DNA of 64,000 nucleotides, taken from Lama glama. Its lineage: Eukaryota. Numbering within the stretch: position 1 is the stretch's first letter; each line of letters opens with the position of its first letter. Shown here piece after piece: positions 24,444 to 36,481 of this stretch. A program made the position numbers and the translations under genes. The notes beneath the pieces were generated by a model. It did no database searches, was not told the DNA's origin, and saw only the letters and a list, made by a program, of their open reading frames with translations. The DNA is taken from NCBI GenBank assembly GCA_028534125.1, contig CM052816.1, forward strand, positions 6,140,001 through 6,204,000. The letters run 5' to 3'.

Positions 24444-25879
24444 TTGGATGTCTTCATTGGAGAAATGTTTGTTTAGGTCTTCTACTCACTTTTAGATTTT
24501 GTTGTTGTTGTTGTTACTGAGTTGTATGAGTTGTTTGTATATTCTGGAAACTGAGTCCTTATCAGTCACATCATTTGCACATATTTTCTACCATTCTGTT
24601 AGTTGTCATTTGTTTTGCTTTTAGTTTCCTTTGCTGTTTGAAAGCTTATAAGTTTAATTAGGTCCCACCTTTATTTGTTGTTGTTGTTGCCTCAGTAGAC
24701 CGCCCTAGGAGAACATTGATAATATTTATGTCAGAGATTGTTTTGCCTATGTTTTCTTTGAGGAGGTGTATATTGTCTTGTCTTAAAAAGCATTTCAAAG
24801 AAACAATGTTTATAAGTTGGTAAACCACTGGTGACAATGATCCAAGAAGATAAGACACAAAAAATTAATAATCATGAATATAACACCAATTTCAATTAAG
24901 TATACAAACATATGTGTGTGTGTATATATATATATTTTTTTTAATACAAATTCTAAATTAAATACTATTAACAAATGTAATCCAGCAATATTTATAAATA
25001 TATAATACAATCATGATGAAGTTGAGTTTATCTTAGTAATGACATACTATTTATCCTTAAAAATCAATACAATTCATCACATTTCACAATGTAGAAGAAA
25101 AATTTTATCAATAGATTAGGAGAAAATCTTTGATAAAATGTAACATGCAATCAGGATAAAAATTCTTAGTAACCTAGGAACAGAGGTTATGTTCTTAATC
25201 TGCTAAACCATATTGACAAAAACCACAACAGATGTCATGCTTAATGGTAAAATCTTGAATTTTTTTCTTTGATATTAGGAGCAATGCAAGTATTCCCAGT
25301 ATTATCACTTCTATTTAACATTACACCTGATATCCTAGTCAGTCATTAAGGCAAGAAAGAAAAGTAGAAGACACAAATTAGAAATAAATAAATAACTTCC
25401 ATCGTTTAGGGATTATTTACTCACATATGTAGACAATCCAAAATAATTTACATATAAATTATTAGAAATAATGAAAAAATTCAGAATTGCATCTAGTTCT
25501 GCTGGATACAAAAGTTGATTGTCATTCTGTTTACCAACAGTAGACATTGTGAAAATACAATTTTAAAAAAGACACCATTTAGAATAGTTTTGAAAAAATC
25601 AAGTACCTAGGGTCAAAGCTAACAAGAGATGTACCAAATTACCATATAGGTAATTGTGGAATATTATTGAGAACATTTAATGAGGAGCTAAATAAGTGGA
25701 GGGATATGCCATAAACATGATTTGGAAAACTACATCAGGAAATATGAAATATCACCAAAATGTTTTAGACATTCAGTGGAATTCCAATCAAAATCCTAAT
25801 ATTTTTATGTGTGTATATATGTATACATATGCATAACTTGACAAGATTATTGTGAAATCTAGATGGAACTGAAAATGAA

Positions 25880-26258
25880 TATTATTTAGCAATAAAATGG
25901 AATGAAGTATTGACATATCTACAATCTGGATGAACCTTGAAGACTTTTGCTAAGTGAAAGGTCAGACACAGAAGACTATATATATATTGAATAATTCCAT
26001 TTATGTGAAATGTTCAGAATAAGTAAATCTTCATGAAGAGAAAGAAAGTAAGTTATTTTGTTGAGGGCACAGGTATTTGTTAGGACATGGGAACTGACTG
26101 CTAATGAGTACAGGCTTTCCTTCTGGGATAAAAAAAATGTTTTAAAATGGATTATAGTGATGGTTGTACAACTCTGAAAGTATTAAAACCATTGAATTGT
26201 ACATTTTAAATAAGCAAATTGCATAGTGTGTAAATTGAATTTCCATAATGCTATTATG
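25880..26258 (+). mobile_element. L1MB-type 3' end
   Basis: tggatgaaccttgaagac..gctaagtgaaag...tgactgctaatgagtacagg...gtgatggttgtacaactctg..aaaaccattgaattgtaca. Confidence 0.75.
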
Positions 26259-26261
26259 TTA

Positions 26262-26560
26262 AAAACCCTCAAAACTATACTGTTTAGAAATGCTTGCTTA
26301 GGTAGTAAAACTATATAGAAAATCAAGGAAGTGGATATTCTCAAACTCAGGATAGTGGTTTCCTATGGGAGAGAGAAGCAGCTGAATTAGAAACATAGGA
26401 GGGAGAGGAGGTAGATGTTTCTGGAGTCCTGTTTTATGTCTATTTCTTTACCCAGGCTATGGTTACACGTGCCTTTATTTTACATTAGTATATTAAACTG
26501 TCCATTTATGTTTTAAATAGCTTCTATTTGTGTTATAGTTCACAGTGGAAGTGTAATAAA
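26262..26560 (+). mobile_element. L1ME-type 3' end
   Basis: aaactatactgtttagaaatgc..ttaggtagtaaaactata...tcaggatagtggtttcct. Confidence 0.65.
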
Positions 26561-26884
26561 ATATAAAATATCATATAAAGCAGTGAATGGGAAAGATGAT
26601 AAGGTTGGAAATATGGTAAACCTATCAAACAATCAGAAATGAAGACATACCTATACTAACTTCGAGGAATGAAGGGTCCCCGTGTCAACACATCAGCACT
26701 TGTGTGGAAGTTTCCTTTGACCCTTGGTTGAATTGGGGTCAAATCTTTTATCCTTTGGACATTAAGAGAAGACCATTACCTGAGGCAAAGTAGGAAGTAG
26801 ACGTTTCTTTTCTTTCATGTCCTTTGAACTTTCTTATGATCCAGCAAAGTGTTAAGTGTGATCTCACAGTGATGATGATGATGA

Positions 26885-27115
26885 AAGTGGCTGGCGTGCA
26901 TTCTGACATACCGTAAGGCAGACAATATCCTTCATCTCATTTAGACTTCAAAACAATTATATTAAGTAGTTGGTAGTTTTCTTCCTCATTTCTCAGTGTG
27001 AGACACAGAGAATTGGAAATTTCAAATGAGTCATGCAAGATTACCCATTTGGGAAATGGAAGAGCAGTGACTCAAATCTAATCTGTCCCCAGAATCTGTT
27101 TCTTAGTCTCTACCT
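26885..27115 (-). mobile_element. MIR SINE
   Basis: catctcatttagacttcaaaacaa...caagattaccca...aaatggaagagcagtgactcaaatct. Confidence 0.55.
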
Positions 27116-28603
27116 TACACTTGAACAACAAAATTTAGTACGACGACATCATACCATCTCCTATTGACTTTTGTTCCTTTTCCATCACTTGAGAGGTAGA
27201 GAAGGCAGTATTAATCCTAGTCTATGAGAAAGGTGTGTCTTAGAAGTGGCAAACAGTTTTTACAAGGATATTGTCAAGACGTGACAGGTGACACTCAAAT
27301 CCAGCTCTCTTGTCTATAGGATCTACAGATTTTCTTGACACGTCAGGAGGTCCCACTGGTAATTGGGTGCCCAGGAGGCACATTTCTGTTCCTTTTTTTT
27401 TTTTTCTTTCACTGTGGTATTATTGAGGAGAAATACAGCTCACACATGCATTTCTTCCTGAGTCACTTGAGAATGCTTTGAATAGCTTGAATTGTTTAGC
27501 CACGGCTTGTTCTAAGCTGAACTTCCTGCACTGCAAATCCGATTTCTGCTCTGCTTCTTTAAGGTGGCTCTTCCTCCCTCGCCTCCTGAGCGTTTGCAGA
27601 AAGAGCACAGCATGGACCACATCCTCTGGAGGTATTTGCTCCCGGTAGTCTCTTCTGCCCTCCCATCAGAATGCTGGGCCCTCATTAACACCTCCTACAG
27701 GAGCGCATTCATTTCTTCCCCTGGAACCACAGGGAACTCAGCAATCCCTGTAGCTCCTCTCCAGCCAGATAATAGACTGCATGAACAGTTGTTTCTTTGG
27801 CAGCTTGACATAATTAGAGACATTTGCATCTCCTGATTGTTCACTGTCCTCAAGAACAATGTGAGTTAATGACAGCATAGGGTCCTGCTTTTTTCTGCTT
27901 TCCTTCACAGGATGAAAGGACTGAAAAAGGACCTGTTTTTCAGAGCTGTTTCCTCTTTCTACAGTTGAGGAAATTAGGGGCTCAGAAGGGAAATGTCCTA
28001 CTTTAAGTGAGTTAGTGACTGAGAAAGGATTAGAAACCGGATTTCTGACTCTTAGATCTGTATTCTTTCTGCAATTCAATGTTGCATGAATTTTTATTAC
28101 AAGATCAATTACATCTTGGTGCTTGTGTTATTTAGACAGTAGGGGTAGCAGTTACAAAAGGAGCATGATTGTAGGAATGTCTGTAGATTTTAAGAATGTG
28201 TCTTAATTCAGGAATATCTCATTGTGCAAACTCAAAGAAGCAGAAAATGCTAATGATAAAAATACAATTTCAAGAAGACAGAATTGAAATAAGAATGGGT
28301 TGGGAGGAGTGGCACTCAGGATTATGATATAAGAATATGGCTAATACATTTCAAACCTTGATCATGGGACTGTTATTTGTAATTGTGACAAACAGTATCC
28401 ATTGGGGCAAGGATGCTCCTCAAGATAAATCTTTTACAGCAAACGTGAAAAAACCCGGTTGTGTGGGTTCACCTAGGTAGTCTCATTTGTTGGTGAGGGA
28501 ATATCACCATGAAATGAGAAGGCATAGGTTTTATTCTGACCCCAAAAGTGGCTAGCAGAGATGTTTCATCTCATTGATTAAATGAGAAAAATGGACTAGA
28601 TCT

Positions 28604-28790
28604 GCAGTTTCTCTAATTTTATTGTACTTAAGAATCACCTAGGGGACTTAATAAAATGCAGATTCCAGGGGCCCTTTTCCAGAGTTTCTGATTCATTGAT
28701 GTGGGGTAGGGCTGTAGAGTTTGCATTGTATCAAACTCCTAAGCAGCTTCTAATGTAGGTGCTTCTAGGACCATACCTGAAAAAATGAAA
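28604..28790. mobile_element. MER5-family hAT-Charlie MITE
   Basis: agaatcacctagggg..aaaatgcagattccagg...tctgattca..tggggtagggc..tttgcatt. Confidence 0.75.
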
Positions 28791-29972
28791 ATCAGCTGGA
28801 AAAAGGACCCGTCGAAGACTTAACATTTTTTAACATTTGCTTCCCACCAGCTAAAACATAAAACCTAGCTGAAATTCTCAGCCATTTAATAGCGCTTTCA
28901 GATCGTTACCTGTTTGCTGCCCCGGGTCATAATGCCATACGTTCAATTTATGTATCAAATTTATGGGCTTTTGTGGAGGCCAATGCAGCCCAGCAGGAGG
29001 GAGCATGAGGTAGAATTCCAAGGCAAAGTATTAGCCTGTTTGACCATGACTTCATTTCCTTTGACTCCCCAGGTAGGTGTTAAAGGTCTCTGGTGCTTTC
29101 AGAATAGTTGAACAAGGAGGGGTCCTTCCATTGTTTTAATTAAGCAGGCTTTGACCTTCAAGGCTGTAATTGCTCCTGACATGTAACTTATTGCTTAATT
29201 AAAACATGGTGAGACGTGATACCTCACTTCTGGAAAAATAGAGAGTCAGGGTTCTCTCTATTATCTCAGGGTTCTCTCAGGGTTATTTCTATTTTATCAC
29301 AGTCCCTCTTTTATCTGAAAGGGATGGGCTGAGGCGGTCGTAGAATAATGTCCCATTTCAGAGAGAAAGGATCCAGCAGGCACGAACCTGAGGTGAGTCA
29401 TTATCCTTCTGAAACAACTAGAGCTTATGAAGTTATTAGGCTGAGACGGGGGAAAAAAATAAATCATTTTGCTGAGTTAGGTCAAAAGAAGAAACAATGA
29501 AAAATTAAGAATGATGGCATTTCAAAGAGCAACTGAATAGGAATAATAATTTCCCCCTATTTTAAAAGCAGATACAAAATGAAACCAATTTTATTTCTTT
29601 ATATGCTTTTTTTTTTTTGGTATTGCTTTTAAGTGCCTTTGCATCTGCAGGAAAAAATATTTGAGATCTTTTTTGACAAAGTCATTGAGGGTTTTCAACA
29701 ATAGTGTATTTAAAAGTTAGAAAGTCGACATCTTTCTCCCTTCTCCATTTTCAGAAGGAGGACTTGTGTAAAAGAGTGAGGGCAACAGAGAAAGGAAATT
29801 TTTAAGTATGGAGCTATGGATGTTTTCTCTGGATCATCCTGGCAACTTGGGAAATGTTTAGAAGCAGTATTACTGCTCCATCTAATCTCTTAGGGTGCCA
29901 CAGTGACTGAACTAGGTAACAAGAGCCTGGATTTGCTGAAGAATTGTCAGCCTTCTAGCTTAATTGGCTAGA

Positions 29973-29983
29973 ATGACTCAGCA
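29973..29983 (+). promoter_or_regulatory. ARE/MARE motif (NFE2L2/BACH-sMAF type) ATGACTCAGCA
   Basis: Exact match to RTGACTCAGCA followed by AT-rich taaa; function untested. Confidence 0.35.
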
Positions 29984-30331
29984 TAAAGGTTGTAGTAATA
30001 AGAACATAGAGTCCTAACATGCTGAAATGGGAAGGGGTCTTGGAGATCATTGACTCCAGATCCTTCTTTTCACAGACATGGAAGCTGAGGTAGAGGAGAG
30101 GCCACAGCAAGTGCAGTAGGTAGGGGGCAGAATCAGGAGATGGAGGAACTTAACCCTTGTTGACTCCCCTTCCTTAATCTAGTGCCATTTTCCCATCACT
30201 TTTGGAAGGAGGTACAGTCTAAATAGTTACAGTAGTCATCTGCTCTTGGATTTCTCTGTTGGGAAAAAGAAACAAAGCTAGTTTGTTCCTAGAAGATTAA
30301 CATATACCTTTAGGATGTCTTTGTAATTTAA

Positions 30332-30332
<1 letters not shown>

Positions 30333-30370
<38 letters not shown>
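30333..30370. repeat. (TG)19 microsatellite
   Basis: Directly visible. Confidence 0.95.
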
Positions 30371-30373
<3 letters not shown>

Positions 30374-32026
30374 TGAAAGTATTTGAGTCATTCCTTCTTT
30401 CACTTAAAATTGTTCCATAAGAATTTTCCAGTGCCATTAATGCTCTTCAAAAAAGAAAAAAAAAGGTTTGGCAGGATTGCATCCCATTTTATTATATGGG
30501 GTAGCATATTCCCCACTTACTGGATATTTAATTTTAAATAATATTTAGAAGTTTTTACAGTGATGGATACATTTTATAGAAATTTTTTACTGCATTACTG
30601 AGTGTTTCCTTTGTATAAATCCCTAGACTCAGAACATATAGGTCAAAGGGCAAACCCGTTTTTAGGCTTCTGACATATCTTGCCTTGGGAGTCTTCCAAG
30701 AAGTTTAATAAGTAGAACCCATTTTCCCTGCCTGGATCCTGAACAAACTGAGAATTAAGACAAAGAGTAAGGCTGATGGAAATAAAAATGTCACACCATT
30801 GTTAAGACTACAGTGGAGGATGTATCTTAGCTTAAGAACCCAGTGGGCTTCCTAACTAAACCCCATGATTACACTGATGGCTGGTAAGGACGGAAGACCA
30901 TGAACACCCCCTTCCCATGGGCAGTGTACTCACAGAGAGCGAAAGGGAGAATGCATAATTTCTTTTCCGCAGATTACCAATCATGTAAGTCACTCCGCTC
31001 CCTCTTGGTGCAGCCAGTAAATGAACAGAGACATCTGGGAGTGTCGTGCGTATTGGAATTCCCTCAGGAGTGGAAGAAGCTTCTATTTCCCCTAAATACT
31101 TAGCAAATTGCTTCTTCATTCAACACCCCTTGACTATACTAAGTGCCAGGCACTGTGCAAAGCACTGAAGGGATCCAGATGAATTAGGACACAATCTTTG
31201 CTCTCAGGTGACTTTAGCTGGTATTTCTCAAGGCCTTTCCCATCTGCAGTCTGATGGGTTTGCTTTGTGCAGTGCCCTGTGAGATAAGGAAGCGCTCTTA
31301 TCTTAGGACTTGGACACTAATCTACTAGCAGCAAAATGGGGCAGCAGAGAACCAGTAGGTAGAACTGAATTGATCATCCATTCCCTCAAAGCAGGATGAG
31401 AACTTGAGAAATTAATTTTGCTTCAAGACAAAGGATGGTGTTCAGAGGATGTCATACTGCTTGGTCTGTCTAAGTAGTCATGGTAATGGTAATAGTAGGA
31501 GTTACTGTGTATTAAACACTTAATGAAAGTTAGTCTCTGTGCTCAGCCCTTTGGGACAATTTATCCTTCAATACTCTGCCTAACTCTAGGAGACAGGTGC
31601 CAAACTGAGGCTCAGGGAGGTTGTTAGTAGTAAGTCCAAGGGTATCCAGCTCCTGGGGGGAAATGAATTCAAATTCAAATGTGTTTAACACCCCTTTGAA
31701 CTTTTAATTATTACACTTCAGATAGAGCAGAAATGCAATGATTCACAGACAGGTAGAGCAGTGAGTAAATTTTGGGAGAAAGGATAGTTCACATGTTCAG
31801 GCAAATCATTGATGAGCATCCAGAAAATCTCTCAGCAGGTTGCAGGTTGAACATGGAAAGGGGAAACTACAGGAAAGATCAGGTCACAACCCTAAGAGGG
31901 TTCTGTGTATGCCAGAAGCAGAATTTTCAAGACAAGTGGCTGTAATAAAGACTGTAAATGAAGTAGAAGTTTGATTCTTAAAACAGGGGTCTAAGAATCG
32001 AGGATGCACAGTGTTCCTCTTGTATT

Positions 32027-32578
32027 TGTCAGGGAGGAAGAAACTCTTCCTCTGTCTTCTTAGGTTCAGGATTTGGGAATTGGGGGTCTAAAAATTAAAT
32101 ATACAAAAGACAGATTAACAGGAGAAAAGGCATGTAAGTTTTATGAATGTTTTATGTGTCATGGTGTTCATAGGAAAGAAGTGACTCAGTGGTAGACATG
32201 GGGGCTTATATACCATTTTAACAAAGAAAAAGGGGTTCGGGCTTCAAGGAATGATACACTCTGAGAAACTGTGGGAACTATGTGGGGGAAGCTAATGGAA
32301 GAGAAGTGTGTTTTAGTGAGGTCTGTTTTTATGCAAACTCATCTCGGTACTGACTCTGTCTCCAGTAATAAGTGTCACTCTCTTCTTGAGGAGGAGGAGG
32401 GGTCTACTTTCACAAGGAAAACGTGTGCTATCTTCCTGAAGAGAGATGGATGCTCTAGTTTTAGGCAGAAGGGGGAGGGCAGAGAACTCTCGCTGCATCT
32501 GTGGATTCTCGTTTGCATTCAGGTCACAGTAATCCTTGTGCCCCACTGGCATGTTTTGGGGTAGCTGTATCCTCTTCT
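32027..32578 (-). mobile_element. ERV1 solo LTR (MER34/MER39-like)
   Basis: Starts tgt; aattaaat..aaagacagattaacaggagaaaagg; gcttatataccatttta; ends gtggcat-like ggcatgttttgggg. Confidence 0.65.
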
Positions 32579-32694
32579 AATAAATCTAATAAAGTGGGAT
32601 CGATGCTTTATGATTGGCAACCGTAACTGGGAGTTGTCTGCCTACTTTTTCCAAGACAGAGGGTGTATCCTTTGAAATAACTGTCTGAGACAAG

Positions 32695-33115
32695 TGCATT
32701 AATCTGGGTCTTGCATGAAGTAGGCACCAAGATGGGACACAGTGTGCAAAGAGTTGATTAGGGAACACACCTGTATACATGGAAATAGGGAAAGGATCAT
32801 TGACAGAGTCGCGATGCGCTGAGCCTAAGTGGAGGAGAGACAGAAGGCTGGATGAAGCATCATAAACTGAGTGCGATCTACAGAAGGTTCAGCAAAGCCG
32901 TCGGAGAGTCTCAAGAGGATGCAGGCCATCGGAGGAGTCCATCTCCTAGGAGGCCTTTGTCTTCGTCGCCCCTGTGGACCCAGTCATTAGCTGGCAGCCA
33001 GGAGGAGTCATGGTGTCTGTTCAAATGTGGGGGTAGATTTTGAAGTTCATCAACTGGGATCCTGGGTCACACTCCCAGCAGGAGGTGAGCAAGGGGCATT
33101 CTCAGGACTGTTGCA
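32695..33115 (-). mobile_element. ERVL LTR33-like solo LTR
   Basis: aagtaggcaccaagatggga..gtgcaaagag...ggaggagagacagaagg...catcggaggagtcc...cagtcattagctggcagc. Confidence 0.6.
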
Positions 33116-33302
33116 GGTGTGTATCAGATGGTACTCCAAAGGTAGGAAAGATATGTTGTTCCTGCTTTATAGTTGAGAAACTGAGACACAGGGACACCGA
33201 TGAATTTCCTGCAGGATGAATGCTGATGCTGTGATAGAACCTGAGGTTGCCTGGGTGTGAATTTTCTCTTTCTCAAGAGGTACCCAGCGTAAAGTTCTGC
33301 TG

Positions 33303-33487
33303 GTGAAGTTTTCTCTAACTTGAATGTGCATCAGAGTCCCCTGAAGGGCTTGTTAAAACAGTGAATGCTGGGAACCATTCTGATTCTAGAGATCAGAGGA
33401 GGGCCTGAGAATTTGCATTTGTGTTTCTAACAGATTCTCAGGTGAGGCCGATACTGGCAGGGAGGGGAACAACTCTGAGAACCACTG
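33303..33487. mobile_element. MER5A hAT-Charlie MITE
   Basis: gtgcatcagagtcccctgaagggcttgttaaaaca...gggcctgagaatttgcattt..ctaaca...tgagaaccactg. Confidence 0.85.
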
Positions 33488-34184
33488 TGCTCAGTAGTTC
33501 ATGCTTTTCCATTCTCTACGGGCACATGCGCGTGCGTGTGTAATTAGCGGGTAGGGGTAGGGAGGGAGAGCAGGGGAAAATGTCTTGTTTATCTGATAAA
33601 CTCCTCCTCCTTACAGAGTCCAAACACTGTGTCTGAACTGTGATAGGTATGTAATAAATATTTGTTAAATTGACTTTCTCTTACTTTGGGAAAAACTTAT
33701 GAAATTCTCAATGTCCCGAAAACAGACTTGTCTTTCCAGAGGAAAAACACTGGAACTGACTCATATTTTTGTCTGAAATGATTTCTCCTTGGGAGAAGCA
33801 GCAGTTGCCTTGGTCTGTTTTCTCTAGCCCTTTGCACTTAACCTTTCTTCTACTTCAACCTCATTAGTAAGGCCAGGGAACCAAGGGGGCAGGAGCAAGG
33901 TGGCAGACTCAGTGTGATTTCCAGTTTGTGGATGCTTCTTTTTTTTTTTTTTTTTAATCTTTATCTTTGATGCATACAGCAGCAAGTACAAGGGAAGATG
34001 TACTGGCTGCTGGTCTTCACATCTGATGATAACTCTTAAGAGTTCACTTCTTCAATTGGGCTGCTGGATTTGGGGTTTTATGTAGTCTGATGATAAGCAA
34101 AACCTGTCATGGAGAGACTTAATCTGCTGCAGCTGCTGCCTGGTGCGGCTCTGACCCGGAAAGCCCATTTTGCGGTGACCACGA

Positions 34185-34415
34185 ATAAAAATAACAACAG
34201 TGTGTGTCTGGCACTGAGCTAAGAGCTTTACATGCCTGTTTTATTTATTAATCACAGAAACCAAATTGTGTTGGTGGTATTCTTATTCCCTGTGTCACCA
34301 GTTAGGAGAATTGGGCATAGAGTAAGTAGAATGGCTTAGCTATGTAGTTAGTGAGTGGTAGATCCTTCATTTAAACCCTGGTCTGTTTGGCTCCAATATC
34401 TTGACTCTCAGCCAC
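34185..34415 (-). mobile_element. MIR SINE
   Basis: ctggcactgagctaagagctttacatg...agttagtgagtggtaga..tttaaaccctggtctgtttggctcca. Confidence 0.7.
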
Positions 34416-35981
34416 CAACTATGGTACTTTCTGAGTGCATATAGATACACAGTATCTCAACCCACCCTGTAGATACCTCAAAGGGATAACTGAGCAGAAA
34501 GAAGGCAGGTGCTGTTCCCAGCATCGTACAGCGAATTAGCAACAGAATCGGAACTAGAACAAACATCTCCATGGTCTCTGAGTCAGTGTCAGTGACTTTC
34601 CTGGTTACCAGGGTCTTGTACTTAAGCATCATTGTTACTCTTTCTCCTCGTGCTTCTCTGTGACAACTGGGTGTCTTTGTGTCATCCCTCTCCTGACTCA
34701 GCACCGACATGATTTGTGCCCCATCTCTACTTACTCAGGCTACAAGTCCATTTTCATTTCCTCCCACTACCCATTCCTGTTTGCCCAGGAGGCCTGAGAA
34801 TCTTCTCCAGTTATACACGTTTTAGTTTCTCCACAAGCCGTTTATCCCAGATGTTAGGTCTGATTTAGTAGAGACTTTAGGGTAGGGGAAAACAGCTCCA
34901 CCTTGCCTATCTCATTGCTAAGGGAATGCTACTGTGAAAATCATAGAAGACCATTTGCTCCCTCGTCTTCATTGTAAATAAGTATCAAGGAACCCACAAA
35001 GGCACTTGTCAGGGTCTGTGTCACGGGGGCAAACACATGGCAGCATGAGTCAGACAGTGATTGCAATCAGTGTGCTCTCTCATCTTCTCCTTCAGACCTG
35101 GAGAAAAGCTGGACAGGCTAGTTCCAGTGGCTTTATAATCACATCTTCCAAGACAAAGAAACTACCCAAATTAAAAGAAATTCCTTCTCTGTTAACGTCT
35201 GGAAACATTACGTCATCCCTTCCCACTGGTGTCCTGGGAAGGTTAGCATGCTCCCTCCCTCCCCCATCATTTTGTATTACCAGAGAGGGTAGTAAAGTAG
35301 TTATGATGTTGATAACCAGTAATATCTTGAATGTATTATTATTTTGGCCAGTGAGTAGAAAATTATAAATTCCAAGCAAGGTTGAGGACTTCTTTCTTAC
35401 TTCTCGCTAAACTCAAATCAAAATAAAATGCCTTCTTCCATATCCTCTTAGGTCCTTTTATTGGGTTTAAATTTTTCTAACTAACATTGATGTTCCCCAG
35501 TCTCTCTTATTCTTATAGAGACTCTGGGCATTATTAACCATTAAGATGTGGGAACTGTGGATTCTCTGGAGTAGTGGTTTCCAAATTCTCGTACAAGAAT
35601 AGGTGTTCACATGATGTTTACACTAGTGCGTGGTGGAATGAATAAATCTGTACAGTGTATATAGATTGCAGAAGTGGTCACTTCCTAACCTCCTCTGTGG
35701 AACCTCCACTGGGACTCGTCCAGTACTCATCGCAGTGTTTCCACCACCGGGACCAGTGTGGCACACCACAGGCGTTCAGTACATGTGCTTTGAGTAAATG
35801 AATGAATGCAGTGTCCTGTTTTGGGAAGAGCTGTTCTTTATTCTGTGATTGTCTTTTTTTTGGTGTTAAAATATATTTTTTAAAAGAAAGTGATGGTAAT
35901 AGAAATTATTTTTAATATCCTTCCTTGGCAAAACTAAAGGCTTAGGATCCTGTCTTTGCCATCTACATCTGATTTTTTTTT

Positions 35982-36481
35982 NNNNNNNNNNNNNNNNNNN
36001 NNNNNNNNNNNNNNNNNNNNNNNNNNNNNNNNNNNNNNNNNNNNNNNNNNNNNNNNNNNNNNNNNNNNNNNNNNNNNNNNNNNNNNNNNNNNNNNNNNNN
36101 NNNNNNNNNNNNNNNNNNNNNNNNNNNNNNNNNNNNNNNNNNNNNNNNNNNNNNNNNNNNNNNNNNNNNNNNNNNNNNNNNNNNNNNNNNNNNNNNNNNN
36201 NNNNNNNNNNNNNNNNNNNNNNNNNNNNNNNNNNNNNNNNNNNNNNNNNNNNNNNNNNNNNNNNNNNNNNNNNNNNNNNNNNNNNNNNNNNNNNNNNNNN
36301 NNNNNNNNNNNNNNNNNNNNNNNNNNNNNNNNNNNNNNNNNNNNNNNNNNNNNNNNNNNNNNNNNNNNNNNNNNNNNNNNNNNNNNNNNNNNNNNNNNNN
36401 NNNNNNNNNNNNNNNNNNNNNNNNNNNNNNNNNNNNNNNNNNNNNNNNNNNNNNNNNNNNNNNNNNNNNNNNNNNNNNNNN
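35982..36481. other. Assembly gap, exactly 500 N
   Basis: Directly visible. Confidence 1.

Larger units (their letters stand above)
23449..24785 (-). mobile_element. Young 5'-truncated camelid/cetartiodactyl L1 (3' ORF2 + 3' UTR)
   Basis: poly-T tail at 23446-23453, L1 3' UTR motifs, and ORF2 C-terminal peptides on the minus strand. Confidence 0.92.
22105..25870 (+). mobile_element. Old L1M body (decayed ORF2 EN to RT region), split by a younger antisense L1
   Basis: aatagactttaagacagaaag, ttcatcaggaagacataa, cacttctatttaacatt, aagtacctagg; no open frame left. Confidence 0.8.

Noticed and set aside
27564..27631. Possible exon (aag|gtggc ... gag|gtattt) containing ATG-DHILW
   Set aside because: Weak AAG acceptor and weak donor; peptide not recognised.
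29247..29285. Three short copies of tcagggtt(ctctc)
   Set aside because: Small local slippage duplication with no evidence of function.
34021..34094. C/D-box snoRNA-like arrangement (TGATGA ... CTGA) with a 14-bp palindrome aactcttaagagtt
   Set aside because: Box C lacks the leading purine, there is no convincing terminal stem or recognisable guide, and a few palindromes this size are expected by chance in 64 kb.
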